64,000 nt of DNA from the NCBI GenBank assembly GCA_017507885.1, contig JAFVZY010000024.1, positions 2,784 to 66,783 of the forward strand, written 5' to 3'. The stretch is from Candidatus Methanomethylophilaceae archaeon. Its GTDB lineage: Archaea; Thermoplasmatota; Thermoplasmata; Methanomassiliicoccales; Methanomethylophilaceae. A program made the position numbers and the translations under genes. The notes under the pieces were generated by a model. It was not told the DNA's origin, ran no database searches, and saw only the letters and a program-made list of their open reading frames with translations. Positions 60,592 to 64,000 of this stretch are shown in pieces (position 1 is the first letter of the stretch; each line of letters begins with the position of its first letter).

Positions 60592-62160
60592 TCACAGAAA
60601 CTTCGACAGAAGCTTCTGAACGGGGCCTGGAACATAGGTAAGGACCTCTCTACGCTCCGATTCATTGAACGCCGACCTGATGGTCACCACCATGTACACG
60701 AAGAACATCAAAAGGAGCGACAGGATCACACCCGCCCATGTGGCTGGAATGTCCAGGAAATACCCGATGACGGCACAAGGAACAAGCGAAACGGCGAACA
60801 TCACGTAACTCCATATCATGGGCCTCATCAGACTCCACACACGGACCTCCATCAGTCTGGAGGAATACACAGGGTATACGATGAATCTCAACACCAGGGT
60901 TGTGACGGTCCAGGCCAGACACACTCCGAACACACCCAAATCGGTGAATTCCACAAGGGCGAGTCCCAGAAGGATGTTCAAAACGCCCAGGGATATCGTC
61001 AGCATGGCCATCCCCCTGACCTTCTTGTACATCACGGGCACCTGCAACAATGGGTATGAAGCACATACCGCGACCTGTGCGGGAACCATCATCCACAACA
61101 TTGGAATCAAACCATCGTATCCAGGACCCAACCACACCTCCAGGACCTGTGGTGCGAATATCAGGAGATACGCCATGGGGAACGCCATCATGACGCCCAC
61201 GAACTTCGAGAACACGTCGAGCGTCAACACCATCTTGTCACGTCTACCCTCGGTATAGCAACGGTAGACCAGGGGTATGGCGGTGACGGCGATTGCGGCA
61301 CACGCAGTGTTCATCATGGAGATCACGTTGGCCACGATTGCGAAGGAACTCTGGATCTCACTGCCCAGACGGAGATTGACGAGGATCATGGAGGCCTGGA
61401 TGAAGAGCAGGGCACCCATCTCGTCAACCACCGCCCACAATCCGAGAGAACCCATTTCACGAAGGAGTGACGAATCGTTGTGTCTGCGGGAGAGTTTGAT
61501 CTCCGGCGCCATCCTCCTGAAATAATACAGGATTATGCCCACATACAACAGAACGGAAAGGATGTAGGACAACCCCACCAGGGAAAGGGAAGGTCCGACC
61601 AGGAAGAAGAACAGGAAGACGAATGCGACCTGGGACACCACATGGACGATTCTCCCGCTGTATGTTATATGCAACCTGTTGTACGCCATGAAGACGCTGG
61701 TTATGCATGAACAGAACGAAACGATCAACGACGACAGAATCACCATCAGGAAGAGGAACTGCACATCGAACGTTCCCGAGGGACCCACGTTGAAGATGTA
61801 AGGGGATGCATAGGAGATCACCAGGACGATGGGGAGAATGATCAGCATCATCTTCCCGAGTCCGAAGAACGATGTGTTGAACACCCTGTTGGCGCCTTCG
61901 ACATCACCCTTCTGGAGTGCGATGACCATGTATCTCGTGAACGCACTGGACAGGGAATCCGCTATTGCGATGAAATACGACGTCAACGACGTGGCCAACG
62001 GAAGTATGGCATATGCGGCCAATCCGAACTCCCCTATGTAATAAGGGACCATCAAAAGCCCCACCAATGCCATGATCACGGTACGTAACACGTTCGTAAC
62101 CATGTTGAGGGAAACCCTGCTGGAAAAGGAATCGGGTTTGGGGTCGTCCACGCCAATCAT
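60592..62160 (-). CDS. Polysaccharide flippase (Wzx/MOP superfamily)
   Basis: About 14 TM segments; VPYYIGEFGLAAYAI, VWLGP; located in a glycan locus. Confidence 0.85.
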   Translation of the reverse strand: MIGVDDPKPDSFSSRVSLNMVTNVLRTVIMALVGLLMVPYYIGEFGLAAYAILPLATSLTSYFIAIADSLSSAFTRYMVIALQKGDVEGANRVFNTSFFGLGKMMLIILPIVLVISYASPYIFNVGPSGTFDVQFLFLMVILSSLIVSFCSCITSVFMAYNRLHITYSGRIVHVVSQVAFVFLFFFLVGPSLSLVGLSYILSVLLYVGIILYYFRRMAPEIKLSRRHNDSSLLREMGSLGLWAVVDEMGALLFIQASMILVNLRLGSEIQSSFAIVANVISMMNTACAAIAVTAIPLVYRCYTEGRRDKMVLTLDVFSKFVGVMMAFPMAYLLIFAPQVLEVWLGPGYDGLIPMLWMMVPAQVAVCASYPLLQVPVMYKKVRGMAMLTISLGVLNILLGLALVEFTDLGVFGVCLAWTVTTLVLRFIVYPVYSSRLMEVRVWSLMRPMIWSYVMFAVSLVPCAVIGYFLDIPATWAGVILSLLLMFFVYMVVTIRSAFNESERREVLTYVPGPVQKLLSKFL

Positions 62161-62173
62161 CCTTCGAGATTAA

Positions 62174-62902
62174 TCATTCCTTGCGGTTGAGCTTCCAGGA
62201 GACATCCCCTGTGGAAACGAATCCCTTTATGCGCTCGTAATCATCGATATAATCAATCTCCGCCCAGAAGTACTCGCTGACGTCGCGGACGAAAACAGGC
62301 TGACTGGAGATGTTCTCGTACAGGACGTTCTCCCACCAAAGGCCGTATTCACCGGAAAAGACCATCTCCTCCAGATTCTTTCTGAACCGGGCGGTGATCG
62401 AACCATCTAAGCGGGCTATCCCGACGTATTCCGTGTTGCGTTCATCCACGGTCAATTCCTTACCGTACGCCTTGATGAAACCATCCACGGTCTTGAAGAA
62501 GTAGTCCCCCTGCTCGACACGGGACTCGTCCCCCAGCATCACGGCGGGATGCTCGTCGGAGAGAATCAGATCCAGGATGTCCTCATCCCAATAGACGTCG
62601 GCGTTCGCCAGGATGAGATCGTCGTCACCGATGAAGTCCCTGGCGAACCAAAGGGAGGCCATACTGTTGGTGACCCTGTAGAACGGGTTCTCGAAGAATG
62701 TGACGTCACATCCCTCCAGCACGTCCATTATGTAATCCTTCTCATAACCCAGAACGATCGCCACATCGAATCCGCGCCCGAGAAGCATCTCCACGGTCCT
62801 GCGTATCAACGGAACCCCTCCGACATCGAGGGTGCTCTTGGGCCTGTCAATGGTCCTGCTGATGCGACTCCCCACACCCGCGGCCATCAAAACCGCCTTC
62901 AC
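62174..62902 (-). CDS. LicC/PntC-like phosphoalcohol or phosphonate cytidylyltransferase
   Basis: MAAGVGSR, PKSTL, NPFY.VTNSMASL, NADV, WAEIDY.DD. Confidence 0.88.
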   Translation of the reverse strand: MKAVLMAAGVGSRISRTIDRPKSTLDVGGVPLIRRTVEMLLGRGFDVAIVLGYEKDYIMDVLEGCDVTFFENPFYRVTNSMASLWFARDFIGDDDLILANADVYWDEDILDLILSDEHPAVMLGDESRVEQGDYFFKTVDGFIKAYGKELTVDERNTEYVGIARLDGSITARFRKNLEEMVFSGEYGLWWENVLYENISSQPVFVRDVSEYFWAEIDYIDDYERIKGFVSTGDVSWKLNRKE

Positions 62903-63957
62903 TCCAGCACCTCCCTCAATGCCGCCAGAAGATCGTCGTAATCCTGAATGGACATGTTCCCTATGTGACCCACACGCAACATCCTGTCGGCCATGTCCCC
63001 GCCAGTGGGGGTGAGAGTGAATCCGTATCCGTCCCTGAGACGGTTGTAGACATCCTTGGCACCATGGTCGAAAATTATCGGTGTGACCGCATTGGAAAGC
63101 CGGTATCCCGGCACCTCTATACCCAGGTCGGCGGCACCCTTCCTGAAATGCATGGCAAGGGACCTGGTGTTCTCGATTCTGGTCTCCAGACCCTGATCGT
63201 GTACGAGATGGAGCATCCTGTTCAACTCCAGAAGGGTTCCGACCGCGGGGGTGAACGGGGTCTGACCCCTCTCCTGATCCTTGAAGTGGTGTTTCAGATC
63301 CAAATAGTACGAGGGGGACCTGATTCTCGAAATCCTGTCACTGCACGTCCTCCCGTTGACCACGACCATCGATATGCCGGGGGACAGGGCCAATGCCTTC
63401 TGGGAACTCAGGATGACCGCGTCGATGCCCATGTCATCCATCTGCAACTCGTCTGCAAGGAACGCGCTGATGGCATCCACAACCAGGCACATCCCGTTCC
63501 TTCTGGCGAATGAGGAGATCATGCGGATGTCATAGAGCTGTCCCGTAGAGGTCTCGTCCATATTCACCAGGATTCCGGTGTATCCTGCGGAATCGTAGCG
63601 CTGCAGATCGGTCTCGCTCAATTCGTGTCCGAATTCCAACTCCAACACGTCATAGGGTATCCCGTGCACTTCGGCGATTTCGGCGAACCTCCTTCCGAAC
63701 GAACCTCCGACGACGATCAGCAACCTGTCATCCGAATCGAATATGTCGGATACCGCGGCTTCCATCGCACCCGTTCCCGATGCCGTCAGGAAAGCCACCT
63801 TGGAATCGTCCGCCGTACCGAGAAGCCCTTTCAGTAGATTCTCGGACTCCAACATGAGTTCCGAAAACTCGTCCGTACGGAAATAAGGAAGTTGTTTTCC
63901 AGATTCCTCCAAAACCTCCGGGTGCATCATAACCGGTCCGACTGTAAAGAGCTTCAT
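62899..63957 (-). CDS. Class V PLP-dependent aminotransferase-like enzyme
   Basis: LFTVGP, SGTGAMEA, ETSTG, VDAIS, SSQKAL, TPFTP, RVGHIG. Confidence 0.9.
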   Translation of the reverse strand: MKLFTVGPVMMHPEVLEESGKQLPYFRTDEFSELMLESENLLKGLLGTADDSKVAFLTASGTGAMEAAVSDIFDSDDRLLIVVGGSFGRRFAEIAEVHGIPYDVLELEFGHELSETDLQRYDSAGYTGILVNMDETSTGQLYDIRMISSFARRNGMCLVVDAISAFLADELQMDDMGIDAVILSSQKALALSPGISMVVVNGRTCSDRISRIRSPSYYLDLKHHFKDQERGQTPFTPAVGTLLELNRMLHLVHDQGLETRIENTRSLAMHFRKGAADLGIEVPGYRLSNAVTPIIFDHGAKDVYNRLRDGYGFTLTPTGGDMADRMLRVGHIGNMSIQDYDDLLAALREVLE

Positions 63958-64000
63958 GATACCTGAAGCACCTCTACGGACAAAGGGGATTTTAATACAT

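Noticed and set aside
1-64000. In-frame amber (pyrrolysine) codons inside genes, tRNA introns, inteins in RNAP or aIF5B
   Set aside because: All called genes are continuous and of expected length, and both tRNAs are 77 nt and uninterrupted

Overview
A mostly core chromosomal segment of a GC-rich archaeon, most likely Methanomassiliicoccales (Methanomethylophilaceae-like). The assignment is inferred from methanogenesis marker 8, a Thermoplasmata-type RNA polymerase operon with single-chain RpoB and N-terminally extended RpoA'', and near-absence of TAG stops. In order, the window holds: hypB-purD-truA-translin; a 1836-aa AglB/STT3-like protein with degenerate catalytic motifs and a downstream surface protein; pyrF; a radical SAM gene; rpoH-B-A'-A''-L30e-nusA; two inverted tRNA-Lys genes flanking trmI/proS/prs/CoA genes/tmk/GINS; a decayed AlbA-wHTH relic with iteron-like repeats next to a bacterial-type HTH-sbcD-sbcC operon; the L7Ae-S28e-L24e-ndk-eIF5B-(insert)-S6e-eIF2g-PIN cluster; and a ~19-kb surface-glycan region (glycosyltransferases, a GDP-heptose route with a GmhA-GmhB fusion, CDP-alditol and CDP-aminoalcohol type genes, a flippase). 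No CRISPR array, rRNA or intact mobile element was seen. The best leads are the possible pseudo-oligosaccharyltransferase, the heptose/CDP-polyol surface polymer locus, Arg-to-Cys changes in the NDK active-site loop, the HTH-SbcDC operon with a candidate operator, a putative ACG start codon and an L7Ae leader k-turn. All protein calls come from motif recognition by eye, with no database searches.
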